Translations under genes and position numbers: made by a program | In this document: piece after piece, positions 25,154 through 33,989 of the stretch | Position numbering within the stretch: position 1 is the first letter of the stretch | Layout of the letters: every line of letters starts with the position of its first letter | Notes under the pieces: model-generated | What the model saw: the letters and a program-made list of their open reading frames with translations, nothing else | Databases searched by the model: none | Told to the model about the DNA's origin: nothing | Origin: an uncultured Bdellovibrio sp. | GTDB lineage: Bacteria; Bdellovibrionota; UBA1018; CAIMNF01 | Assembly (NCBI GenBank): GCA_964654965.1 | Contig: CAZZLF010000002.1 | Location: forward strand, 1-34,593 | Direction of reading: 5' to 3' | Length of the DNA: 34,593 bases

Positions 25154-26371
25154 TTAGCGGCTTAAATTCGACATTTCCATCAATGGCATGATGACCGAGA
25201 TCACGATGAATCCCACGGTTCCACCCATGAAAATGATCATGACTGGCTCTAAAAGGGCGGTCATTCCATCGATTGCAGTGGTCACTTGTTCCTCATAAGA
25301 ATCAGAGACATTTTTCAGCATGGTCGGCAGTTCCCCCGTTTTTTCACCGATCGAAATCATGTGAATCACCAGAGGTGGGAATTCACCGCTTCGCTTCAGG
25401 GGTTCGGCAATGGACTGACCTTCAGTGATGTTGCTTCTTGCTGTTTCGATGGCCCGAGCCAAGTGTACATTTTCAACGAGATTTTTGGCAATGCTCATCG
25501 CAGTTAAAATGGGTACACCCGAACCCAGAAGGGTTGACATGGTGGAAGCAAAACGATTCACACCGATCATTCGAGTGATTCTGCCAAATACGGGTGCAGT
25601 GAGTTTAAATCGATCCCATTTGTCCCTGCCTCTAGCCGTGTTAATGTAGCGAACGAACATCCCCAATGCGACAAAAAATCCAACAATCAGGGCTGGCCAC
25701 CATTCGACTGTGAAGGAAGAAATTCCAATCAGAATTTCTGTACTCAGAGGCAATGCCTTATTCATCGAGACAAAGATTTGTTGTAGTTTTGGAATCACAA
25801 ACGTGAAAATTCCAAACAAAACCGCGATCGCTACAAAAAACATGACAGCGGGGTAGGTCATTCCACCGACGATTTTTCTTTTTAAGCGCGCTTGAGCTTC
25901 TTTCAGGTCCGCAAGTCGCAACAATACCAGCCCCAGTGTTCCAGAACTTTCACCTGCTTCAACCATGTTGATGAAGATGTTATCAAAAACTTTTGGATGA
26001 TTTGCCAGCGCCTTTGCCAGGGAAGAACCCTCATTCACCGATTCTCGCACCTGAGACACCACTGTTTTCAAACCAACCGAATCCAGCTGTTCTACGAGTG
26101 CGTTCAGCGCATCGACCAGTGGAATGTTTGCTTTGACCAGTGAAGCAAGCTGACGAGTCATGCTGGCAATGTCTTCCTGGCTCACTCTTCCGCTCAGAAA
26201 GGGAAGACCGGCTCCTGCCGTTTTTTTAGCCAGACTTTTTTCGATGATTTCAGTCACCATCTGATTTTGTTTTTTAAGTTTCAGGCGTGCCGTTTTCTGC
26301 GAGTCTGCTTCAATGAGACCCTTTGAAATTTTTCCGTCACTTCCTAAAGCTTTGTATTCGTACAGTGGCAT
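25154..26371 (-). CDS. gspF: Type II secretion inner-membrane platform protein GspF
   Basis: The N-terminus is MPLYEYKALGSDGKISKGLIEADS. It has two T2SSF repeats and three TMs. The length is 405 aa. Confidence 0.95.
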   Translation of the reverse strand: MPLYEYKALGSDGKISKGLIEADSQKTARLKLKKQNQMVTEIIEKSLAKKTAGAGLPFLSGRVSQEDIASMTRQLASLVKANIPLVDALNALVEQLDSVGLKTVVSQVRESVNEGSSLAKALANHPKVFDNIFINMVEAGESSGTLGLVLLRLADLKEAQARLKRKIVGGMTYPAVMFFVAIAVLFGIFTFVIPKLQQIFVSMNKALPLSTEILIGISSFTVEWWPALIVGFFVALGMFVRYINTARGRDKWDRFKLTAPVFGRITRMIGVNRFASTMSTLLGSGVPILTAMSIAKNLVENVHLARAIETARSNITEGQSIAEPLKRSGEFPPLVIHMISIGEKTGELPTMLKNVSDSYEEQVTTAIDGMTALLEPVMIIFMGGTVGFIVISVIMPLMEMSNLSR

Positions 26372-26386
26372 GATAGTTCCTCAGGG

Positions 26387-28096
26387 CTAATCTTCGGCAT
26401 GAGTTGCGCGGAATAGTTCATCAATCGTGGTGATTCCTTGCAAGACTTTGGCAATGCCATCTTCACGCAAGTTGATCATTCCTCTTTCAATGGCAGCTTT
26501 TTTCAAAATACCCGCATCCACGTTTTTCACGATCAGACTTTTGATGTAGTCATCCACCACCAATAGTTCATGAATCACGGTTCGTCCGGAATAACCGCTG
26601 TTCGAACAACTTGGACAACCTTTGGCGCGATAGAAAACTGCACCAAGTGGCGGTTCTCTCATTCCCATTTCTTTCAATTGGTATTCAGAAGGAGTGTATT
26701 CTTCGCGACATTTGGTACAAACACGTCGAATCAATCGTTGCGCCACGACTCCAAGAAGAGAAGAGGCGACCAAGAAAGGTTCAACCCCCATGTCGGCAAG
26801 ACGGGTAATCGCACCCGGAGCATCATTGGTGTGAAGCGTGGAAAGAACAAGGTGACCGGTGAGGGATGCATTGATCGCAATTTCTGCGGTTTCCTTGTCA
26901 CGAATTTCCCCGACCATGATCACATCCGGGTTCTGACGAAGAAAGGCCCGTAGGGAACTTGCAAAAGTCAGTCCGATCTTACTATTGACCTGAACCTGGT
27001 TGATTCCGGGAATTTGATACTCGACCGGATCTTCAACGGTCATGATATTTCGTTCCGGTGAATTCAGTACGACCAAACAGGATGAAAGTGTGGTGGATTT
27101 ACCCGAACCGGTTGGACCAGTGACCAGGATGATTCCATATTTTTTGTGGATAATTTTATCAATCGCATCAACCGATCTAGGTGAGAATCCGAGTTTTGCA
27201 AGTTCCAGCGGGGTTCCGCTTTGTTCGAGGATACGCATGACCACCCGTTCACCATGAGTTGTGGGAACCGTGGAAAGACGAATGTCGACATCTTTACCGG
27301 CAAGCTTGATCTTGATTCTTCCGTCCTGCGGAAGTCGCTTTTCAGCAATGTCGAGCTGACCCATGACTTTCACCCGGGAAGAAATCGCGGCATGAGCTCG
27401 TTTGGGTTGGCGAATGATATCGTAGAGAACTCCGTCGACTCGAAAACGCACTACGAGTTCTTTTTCAAAAGGTTCAATATGAATATCGGAAGCTTTTTCT
27501 TTAACGGCACGAAAGAGAAGGGAGTTCACGAATTTGATCACCGGGGCGTCATCTTCAGTAGCTTCGAGAATATCGATTGGTCCTTCCAAATCGAGATCTT
27601 CCGAAAATTCTCCCTCAATATCTCCAACAATCTGTGCGGTAGAGCGCTCATAGACGCGGTTGATTGCATCTTGAATACGCATGGACGTGCTGACGACCGT
27701 TTTGACTCTAAAACCTGTTAGAGCTTGCAAGTCTTCAGTAACCGTAGGATTAAACGGATCTGAAACGGCAACGGTGAGCACAGTTCCCAATGCATCTTCA
27801 GACTTGTAAAGTGGAATTACTTCCTTGCTTTTAGCGTAGTTGATCGGAAGATTGGAAATCAGGTTCGCATCAATTTCGTTAGGTTTCAGATCTTCGATAA
27901 ATTGCATTTCAAGCTGAATGCAAAGGGCCTTCATGATCTCATGGGGAAGAATGTAATTGTTTCGAAGAAGAATTTCTCCGAGCATTCCTCCCTTCTCCCG
28001 TTGTTCCGTGAGGGCGATTTCGAGTTGATCCTGTTTAAGTGAAGTGTGCTTGAGAAGAATCTCCCCAAGACGCTCCGGCGACTTGAGATCTTTCAC
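26387..28096 (-). CDS. gspE: Type II secretion ATPase GspE with an MshEN-type N-terminal domain
   Basis: Walker A is GPTGSGKSTT. The tetracysteine motif is CTKC...CPSC. A GTG start follows SD AGGAG at 7-nt spacing and overlaps the gspD stop (GTGA). Confidence 0.95.
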   Translation of the reverse strand: MKDLKSPERLGEILLKHTSLKQDQLEIALTEQREKGGMLGEILLRNNYILPHEIMKALCIQLEMQFIEDLKPNEIDANLISNLPINYAKSKEVIPLYKSEDALGTVLTVAVSDPFNPTVTEDLQALTGFRVKTVVSTSMRIQDAINRVYERSTAQIVGDIEGEFSEDLDLEGPIDILEATEDDAPVIKFVNSLLFRAVKEKASDIHIEPFEKELVVRFRVDGVLYDIIRQPKRAHAAISSRVKVMGQLDIAEKRLPQDGRIKIKLAGKDVDIRLSTVPTTHGERVVMRILEQSGTPLELAKLGFSPRSVDAIDKIIHKKYGIILVTGPTGSGKSTTLSSCLVVLNSPERNIMTVEDPVEYQIPGINQVQVNSKIGLTFASSLRAFLRQNPDVIMVGEIRDKETAEIAINASLTGHLVLSTLHTNDAPGAITRLADMGVEPFLVASSLLGVVAQRLIRRVCTKCREEYTPSEYQLKEMGMREPPLGAVFYRAKGCPSCSNSGYSGRTVIHELLVVDDYIKSLIVKNVDAGILKKAAIERGMINLREDGIAKVLQGITTIDELFRATHAED

Positions 28097-30783
28097 TGGC
28101 GTACTCCTGAAGGTGCTGCGAACGGGTCAGTCCCGCTTGGAGCCGGATTGGAAGGAATGCTTTCCGGTACCGGATCTGCAGCAGGAAGGGTGAGTGTGTC
28201 TTTTCCTTCTTCTAGTTTTTTAGGTAAAACTGCCGCCTCGTCTTTTTTGGTTTCATTGCTGGAATCTTCATCAAGGCTCAGCACTTTTTTCGGATTATAA
28301 TTGGTGATTGATTTGACGTCTGGAAGACCACGGATGATCTTGTTGCGTGCATCACGATGGTAATCTTCACCTCCAAATGCGCGTTCCACAAATTCGTCAC
28401 GCTCTTTGAGTTTTTTATCGAGAACCATACGAACGCTTTCCGGTTGGCGCATGATTTTAGGAGTGATGAAGATCATCAGGTTGGTTTTATCGATGCTGCT
28501 GCTTTTCGATTTGAACAACCAGCCCAAGATAGGAATATCACCCAAAAGTGGAACCTTGTTCATGGTTTCGCTTTGCTTGTCACGAGTCAAACCTCCCAAA
28601 ACAATGGTGTCATTATCAGAAACCATCACGCTAGTTTCTGCGTTACGCTCCAAGGTTGCAGGAGCTTGCTCTACACCTCGGTTTGAGAAATCACTGATCT
28701 TAGCCTTGATGTCCATTTTGATAAAGTTTGAGATCTTGTTCAATTGAGGTTTGATCTTGATACTCAATGGTACAGTCATGTAGTCGAAGGATGTGGTTTG
28801 GATACCAAGACCTGCGTTGTTGATCTTTGGTACTGGAACCTTATCCGAGCTTTCAAAAATCGCTTCGGAATTATCCATGGTCATCAATTGAGGGGTCGCA
28901 AGAATATTCGCACCAGAATAGGTTTGAAGTGCCTTCACCAATGCGGCCAAGTTTGGAATGGTCGTGGTGGTGCCAGCTCCCGAAGTTCCCGGGATCTGAA
29001 GGGTATAGGTACTTTTCGATGCGAATCGAAGTACCAAGCCCTTCTGACTTGCGATCGATGCAGGATTGATGATCGTATTGACCAGGTCATTGGTTGGAGC
29101 AACAGAAGTTCCAAAAGGTCCAAGAACGTTTGCAGAATATTCATTCGAGCGGGAAACGTTCATTTCCATGATCACGACTTCGACATAGATCTGGTCGCGA
29201 GGAATATCGAGCTTGTTGATCACGCGTTGAAGGGTGATAAAATCGTTCAGTGAACCGGTGATCACCAGAGAGTTCGTCGTTTTATCCGCAGAAACCTTGA
29301 TCTGTCCTTCAAAGAGAGAGCCTTCATTTGGATTGGAGCCAAGTCCGCCACCCGCTGATCCTCCTGCACCCATGGGGCGGCTGCTGGAGGTCTGGCTGAA
29401 GTTACTCAGTGTTTTTGCCATGTCTTCCGCTTCTGCAAATTGAAGATAGACGACATGTACTTTTCCGCTTCCTGCCGATTGAGGAATTTTTCGATCGAGT
29501 CGAGATACTAGCTCGCGCACTTCTTCTGCACCTTTTTGGTTGGCATGGACAATGAGGGTGTTGGTGCGTTCATCAGGAATGATGGTATTTACGAATCCGC
29601 CTTGTTTGGTTCGTCGAGCAGTAAAGTTTCCAGCTCCGCCTCGTCCTGCAGCTCCACCGAATCCACTTCGGGAAGGAATGTTCGCCTGAGTTCCTGGAAG
29701 CAAGCTATCAATGAGTTTTTGAAGTTCAACCGCAGATGCGTTTTTCACCTGAATCACTTCAATTCCCGCATCGAATCCTTCCACATCGAGGAAGGCGATC
29801 ATTTTTGCAATTTTTTCGATATTTGAACCGGTATCAGTAATGATGAGAGTGTTGGTTTGCTCAAACCCATAAATTCTCGCTCCCATGTTCGCATAGGTGC
29901 GGATCACGTTTTCGAGTTCTTTGGCGCTGATGTATTTGATCTTGAAAATTTTGGTGACGATTGCATCGGTATTGGGAGCGCGTTTGTTTGCATAAAGACG
30001 CACGTTTTTATTCTTGGCGTCGTTCTGTCGCATGATGCGCAAATATTTTCCGGTTGGAACAATTGCCAGTCCGTTCATGTCGAGTGAAGTGAGGAATGCT
30101 CTCCAGGCATCACTGACCGTGATGGGAGAGTTGGAAATGATGGAGACTCTTCCTTTGACTTCTTTATCGAGAATAAAGTTCTTACCAGTTAACTTACCCA
30201 GGGTCTTGGCGATATCCATGATATCAGCATCTGGAAAATTAAAATCGGTAATGACTTCCTTGCTGGCAGGAATTCCTTCACCGCTTTCATTGTCCACTCG
30301 CAGTGTAGGATAAGAATTTTTACTGATCAGGCTTTTGTCCGCACCCGGACCGCTGAGTTCATACCCTTGTTTTCCACGGTTGAGAGTGTTTGCGGGTTCA
30401 TTCGCCTTGGAGCCTCCAATGCTAATGCCACCGGATCCTTCATCCATGTCTTCAAAGTCAGGATTGAATCCACCTGGTTTTGGCTCAGGAACAGGCGATT
30501 TTTTATTTTTTCCGATCGGCATCGGAGGAGGCATGGGTTCATCCATGTCTTCATCAAAGTCTTCGAAGTCGGCATCTTCGCCGTCATCGTAGTTACTGAT
30601 GGCTGGACCATTTCCGGAACGGAAACCGGTTTGGGCAAATCCGATTTCAGAAAGGATCAGCAGCAATACGCCTAATAAGGCGCAAAGCCCGAAGATGAAG
30701 CTCATTCGAGTAGACCAAGTTGGTGTTACAATCATGTTGGTCTCAGAAATACTCTTGGTTTTCGAAGAATTATTGGATGTCAT
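28093..30783 (-). CDS. gspD: Type II secretion secretin GspD (896 aa, with N- and C-terminal low-complexity extensions)
   Basis: The N0 domain is ITDFNFPDADIMDIAKTLGKLTGKNFILDKEVKGRVSIIS. The secretin core includes VPLLGDIPILGWLFKSKS. Confidence 0.95.
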   Translation of the reverse strand: MTSNNSSKTKSISETNMIVTPTWSTRMSFIFGLCALLGVLLLILSEIGFAQTGFRSGNGPAISNYDDGEDADFEDFDEDMDEPMPPPMPIGKNKKSPVPEPKPGGFNPDFEDMDEGSGGISIGGSKANEPANTLNRGKQGYELSGPGADKSLISKNSYPTLRVDNESGEGIPASKEVITDFNFPDADIMDIAKTLGKLTGKNFILDKEVKGRVSIISNSPITVSDAWRAFLTSLDMNGLAIVPTGKYLRIMRQNDAKNKNVRLYANKRAPNTDAIVTKIFKIKYISAKELENVIRTYANMGARIYGFEQTNTLIITDTGSNIEKIAKMIAFLDVEGFDAGIEVIQVKNASAVELQKLIDSLLPGTQANIPSRSGFGGAAGRGGAGNFTARRTKQGGFVNTIIPDERTNTLIVHANQKGAEEVRELVSRLDRKIPQSAGSGKVHVVYLQFAEAEDMAKTLSNFSQTSSSRPMGAGGSAGGGLGSNPNEGSLFEGQIKVSADKTTNSLVITGSLNDFITLQRVINKLDIPRDQIYVEVVIMEMNVSRSNEYSANVLGPFGTSVAPTNDLVNTIINPASIASQKGLVLRFASKSTYTLQIPGTSGAGTTTTIPNLAALVKALQTYSGANILATPQLMTMDNSEAIFESSDKVPVPKINNAGLGIQTTSFDYMTVPLSIKIKPQLNKISNFIKMDIKAKISDFSNRGVEQAPATLERNAETSVMVSDNDTIVLGGLTRDKQSETMNKVPLLGDIPILGWLFKSKSSSIDKTNLMIFITPKIMRQPESVRMVLDKKLKERDEFVERAFGGEDYHRDARNKIIRGLPDVKSITNYNPKKVLSLDEDSSNETKKDEAAVLPKKLEEGKDTLTLPAADPVPESIPSNPAPSGTDPFAAPSGVRQ

Positions 30784-31774
30784 AGTTCAAATTTACCTCT
30801 CTGCCGTTTCTTAGTGTGCCGAGATCAAGGGAGTTCATGTGTTTCAATTCTTGAAGGATGGTCAGCGCTTTTGCTGCATCGGTGATTTTTTCTCCGTTTA
30901 CAGAAGTGATGATGTCACCGAGTTTAAGACCGATTTTTTCATAAAAACTTCCCGGCTGAATCTGCATCAATCGAAACCCGATCATCTGGCCACCTTTCAT
31001 TTCAGGAACGGCGCGGGCCTGAGTGATCAATGTGTTGAAGTTCGCCATCTGAGTGTCGAGTTCGGCACGTTTGACGATGAATTTGTTCTCTTCTACTTGT
31101 GAAATATTGCCTCCACCAGGCTTGGAATTAGCGGGAGCTGCACGATTGTTCATGGAAATCTTCATGGAATTATCTTCTGGAATATCGATGTACTCCTTAC
31201 GTTTTGTTTGAAGATTGATAAAGATGACTTTTCTTGCTTCGACACTCAAAACTTGAAGTTTACCGGTGACTTCATCGTTCATGCGAACGGGATAAACTTT
31301 ATTATCGCTTTTGTCTTGAAGCGCGGCCAGTGATCGGGATGGATTTTGGAAAATCACGGTACCTATCAACTGGAGCGGAAGGCTGGTAGGAATCGGATCG
31401 GACTCAAGATCGACCTCGTTTCCTTTTGGTTTTTCCGACTTGCTGGAAAAAAGATTTCTCGAATAAATGATTTCGTAATCCATGGGGCTAGACATGACCA
31501 TGGAGCGGGAACGCATCGACAAGGGCGATACTGGTGGAGAGGGGATATATTTTTCAAAGAGAAGGGAAAAGAGATCGGCGATGAACCATGCGCACAAGAA
31601 GAAGCTGATTCCAAATATCGCACGCGTAAGATTGTGTCCTTGTGCCATGCGTTCGACTTGTTCGGAAATCTTAGTCAGTGAATTGACGCTTAAGGTGCTC
31701 GTCAAACCTTTGGCTTGATTTGATTCGGACTTTTCAAAAATCGAATTCAAGAATGTCTTAATATTTTTTGCCAC
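30770..31774 (-). CDS. gspC: Type II secretion protein GspC (TM, HR domain, C-terminal PDZ)
   Basis: The TM is AIFGISFFLCAWFIADLFSLLF. The HR-like region is LQLIGTVIFQNPSRSLAALQDKSDNKVYPVRMNDEV. The PDZ is GFRLMQIQPGSFYEKIGLKLGDIITSVNGEKI. The GTG start at 31774 has no visible SD, so the start is uncertain; an in-frame ATG lies at 31648. Confidence 0.8.
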   Translation of the reverse strand: MAKNIKTFLNSIFEKSESNQAKGLTSTLSVNSLTKISEQVERMAQGHNLTRAIFGISFFLCAWFIADLFSLLFEKYIPSPPVSPLSMRSRSMVMSSPMDYEIIYSRNLFSSKSEKPKGNEVDLESDPIPTSLPLQLIGTVIFQNPSRSLAALQDKSDNKVYPVRMNDEVTGKLQVLSVEARKVIFINLQTKRKEYIDIPEDNSMKISMNNRAAPANSKPGGGNISQVEENKFIVKRAELDTQMANFNTLITQARAVPEMKGGQMIGFRLMQIQPGSFYEKIGLKLGDIITSVNGEKITDAAKALTILQELKHMNSLDLGTLRNGREVNLNYDIQ

Positions 31775-31885
31775 TGTCGTTGATCAAGCAAGAACGATAC
31801 CAGATTTTTTTCTTGCAAACAATTTTTCCAAGTCCTTGTTGTATCCGCGAAAATTTCTCATTACGATGATAGGGAATGGAATTTC

Positions 31886-31932
31886 TATAATATTAATGTA
31901 ATGCGTCTGACATTTTGTCATGACAGTTTGTC
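31886..31932 (+). promoter_or_regulatory. Perfect -10 box (TATAAT) followed by a GACA/TGTC palindromic operator-like element upstream of the acyl-CoA dehydrogenase gene
   Basis: TATAAT lies at 31886-31891. GACA lies at 31909-31912, the perfect 10-bp palindrome TGTCATGACA at 31916-31925, and TGTC at 31929-31932. Confidence 0.35.
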
Positions 31933-31946
31933 GAAGGGACAACGCT

Positions 31947-33692
31947 ATGGGTGCTGCCAGTAATAATGAAAACAGTTTTATGAAGTCCTTGTTCTTCGGT
32001 CAGATCCGGGAAGATTTTATCTTTCCATATCCGAAAGCAAAACCCGAAAACACTGAAACAGTGAATATGATTCTCGATACCATCGACAAATTCGCCAAAG
32101 ACGTAATCAAATCGGCTGAGTGGGACGAGAAACATGAAATGCCTCGAGAAATTGTAGGCATGCTTGCTGAAATGGGACTTACTGGTCTTGCTGTTCCTGA
32201 AGAGATGGGTGGACTGGGATTGCCTCAATGCGGTTATGCACGGGTGATGCAACAAATTGCATCTCACGATGGTTCGATAGCAGTTACGTTGGGGGCACAC
32301 CAGAGTATTGGATATAAAGCACTGCTTTTGTACGGCAGTGATGAGCAGAAGAAACGTTTTCTTCCTCGCTTGGCAAGCGGTGAATTGATTGCAGCTTTCT
32401 GTCTAACTGAACCAACTTCCGGTTCCGATGCAGCATCCATTCAGACGAAGGCTGAGCTATCACCTGATGGAAAACATTATATTTTGACCGGAAATAAACT
32501 TTGGATCACCAATGGTGGAATCGCTGGATTCTTTACCGTGTTTGCTAAAACCGATGTGGTTGAAAATGGTGAAAAGAAGGAAAAAGTAACTTGTTTTGCA
32601 TTGGAGTTGCCGGCTGAAGGGGTAACGATCGGAGCAGCGGAAGAAAAGCTCGGAATTCGTGCTTCTTGGACCAACGCTGTTTATTTCGACAAAGTAAAAG
32701 TTCCTGTCGAAAACGTCATTGGTGGGGTCGGATATGGATTTAAGATTGCCATGGGTGTTTTGAATCATGGTCGACTGGGTCTAGCTGCAGGATGTGTTGG
32801 AGTTGCCAAAAATTGCATAAAAGCTTCAATCGATCATGCCAATGAACGTGTTCAGTTCAAGAAAAAGATCGGTGAATTTGGAATGATCAAAGAAAAAATC
32901 GCTCGCATGATCATGAACAACTATGTTGCTCAAAGCATGGTTTACATGACTACGCATCTGATTGACCGTGGCGACATGGACTATTCGATGGAGAGCGCTG
33001 CTGCCAAGGTGTTTTGTACCGAAATGGCGTGGGAAGCGGTCGATGAAAACATTCAGATCTGGGCCGGAAATGGTTACATGAAAGAATACCCTTACGAGCG
33101 CTGGTTGCGTGATGCGCGCATCAATCGAATCTTCGAGGGAACGAACGAGATTCTTCGCGCCTTTGTCGCTCTTTCGGGAATGCAGGGACCAGGGCAAGAG
33201 CTTGCTGGTTTAGCGAAAGCGATTTCTCATCCGTTGAAGGGATTGGGTGTGGTAACCGAATATGCAACTCGGAAAGTGAAACAAGGAGTGTTTGGTGAGA
33301 GCATCACCAAATCTCATCCGCGCCTCAAAAAACTTGCTGGATCGTTGGAAGAGTATACCGTGGAGCTTTCTGCTCAAGTGGAAGTTCTGCTGAAACGCCA
33401 CGGCAAGGAAATTTACTTGAAGCAATTTGCGCAAAAAAGAGTCGCTGACATTGCCATCGATCTCTATGCGATGTTTTGTACTCTATCCCGTGTGACCCAG
33501 TCTATTGAAGAGCAGGGTGAAGAAAAAGCAGCGATGGAAATCGCGATTGCAGAAGCGTTCTTCATGCGTGCAAACCGTCGCGTGAAATCGAACTTCCGCT
33601 CGATGGACCGAAACGAAGATGAAATGATGAAGTTCATCGCTGATCAGGCTTACGAGCAAGGAACTTATACGTTCGACTTTTACGCAAAATAA
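31947..33692 (+). CDS. Acyl-CoA dehydrogenase, long VLCAD/ACAD9-like form with a C-terminal extension
   Basis: Motifs are FMKSLFFGQIREDFIFPYP, AFCLTEPTSGSDAAS and the catalytic-Glu region RINRIFEGTNEILR. The ATG at 31947 follows SD GAAGGGA at 7-nt spacing. It is preferred over the ATG at 31920, which sits in the centre of the palindrome. Confidence 0.92.
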   Translation: MGAASNNENSFMKSLFFGQIREDFIFPYPKAKPENTETVNMILDTIDKFAKDVIKSAEWDEKHEMPREIVGMLAEMGLTGLAVPEEMGGLGLPQCGYARVMQQIASHDGSIAVTLGAHQSIGYKALLLYGSDEQKKRFLPRLASGELIAAFCLTEPTSGSDAASIQTKAELSPDGKHYILTGNKLWITNGGIAGFFTVFAKTDVVENGEKKEKVTCFALELPAEGVTIGAAEEKLGIRASWTNAVYFDKVKVPVENVIGGVGYGFKIAMGVLNHGRLGLAAGCVGVAKNCIKASIDHANERVQFKKKIGEFGMIKEKIARMIMNNYVAQSMVYMTTHLIDRGDMDYSMESAAAKVFCTEMAWEAVDENIQIWAGNGYMKEYPYERWLRDARINRIFEGTNEILRAFVALSGMQGPGQELAGLAKAISHPLKGLGVVTEYATRKVKQGVFGESITKSHPRLKKLAGSLEEYTVELSAQVEVLLKRHGKEIYLKQFAQKRVADIAIDLYAMFCTLSRVTQSIEEQGEEKAAMEIAIAEAFFMRANRRVKSNFRSMDRNEDEMMKFIADQAYEQGTYTFDFYAK

Positions 33693-33720
33693 TTGAATTC
33701 GAATCTGAAATCATTCACTG

Positions 33721-33762
33721 ACGCCCTTGGAGCTGATGCTTTAAGGGCGTTTTTGTTTTTAT
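33721..33762 (+). terminator. Intrinsic terminator of the acyl-CoA dehydrogenase gene
   Basis: ACGCCCUU (33722-33729) pairs perfectly with AAGGGCGU (33744-33751). It is followed by TTTTTGTTTTT. Confidence 0.8.
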
Positions 33763-33796
33763 TTCGTCAAAAAACCAGCAAGCCGAAGTTTTGGCT

Positions 33797-33815
33797 GAAA
33801 ATAATTTTCATTGTT
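33797..33815. promoter_or_regulatory. AT-rich palindrome GAAAAT-A-ATTTTC, Fur-box-like (13/19 to GATAATGATAATCATTATC)
   Basis: A perfect 6+1+6 palindrome lies at 33797-33809. It sits in the spacer of a possible TTGGCT-N17-TTTGAT promoter. A second palindrome, GATGAA-N5-TTCATC, lies at 33817-33833. Confidence 0.25.
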
Positions 33816-33989
33816 TGATGAATTATTTTCATCGTTTTTTCCTGATCATTCGCGCGCACTTGATGCTTTACACTGTAAATATGTAACAAATTGATGCCGA
33901 TCGCCGACATTTTTTTCTCTTCAGTTGCCTGAATTCGCATCCGATCTGCCGGATGTAAGCACCCAATGATGGGGCTTCAGGAGTAAAAA

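Noticed and set aside
27221-27721. 166-aa ORF on the + strand
   Set aside because: It is antisense to the highly conserved gspE ATPase core. No motif or SD is present; a typical antisense shadow frame.
28744-29253. 169-aa ORF on the + strand, plus other 70-110-aa + strand ORFs across 28046-30814
   Set aside because: All are antisense to or out of frame with the gspD secretin gene. They are Arg/Cys/His-rich nonsense translations.
31893-32300. 135-aa ORF on the - strand
   Set aside because: It is antisense to the 5' part of the acyl-CoA dehydrogenase gene. It is Cys/His/Arg-rich with no SD.
33819-33887. 22-codon sORF (MNYFHRFFLIIRAHLMLYTVNM) in the leader region of the metzincin gene
   Set aside because: There is no SD, and it overlaps the palindromes. 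Nothing indicates a leader-peptide attenuation system.
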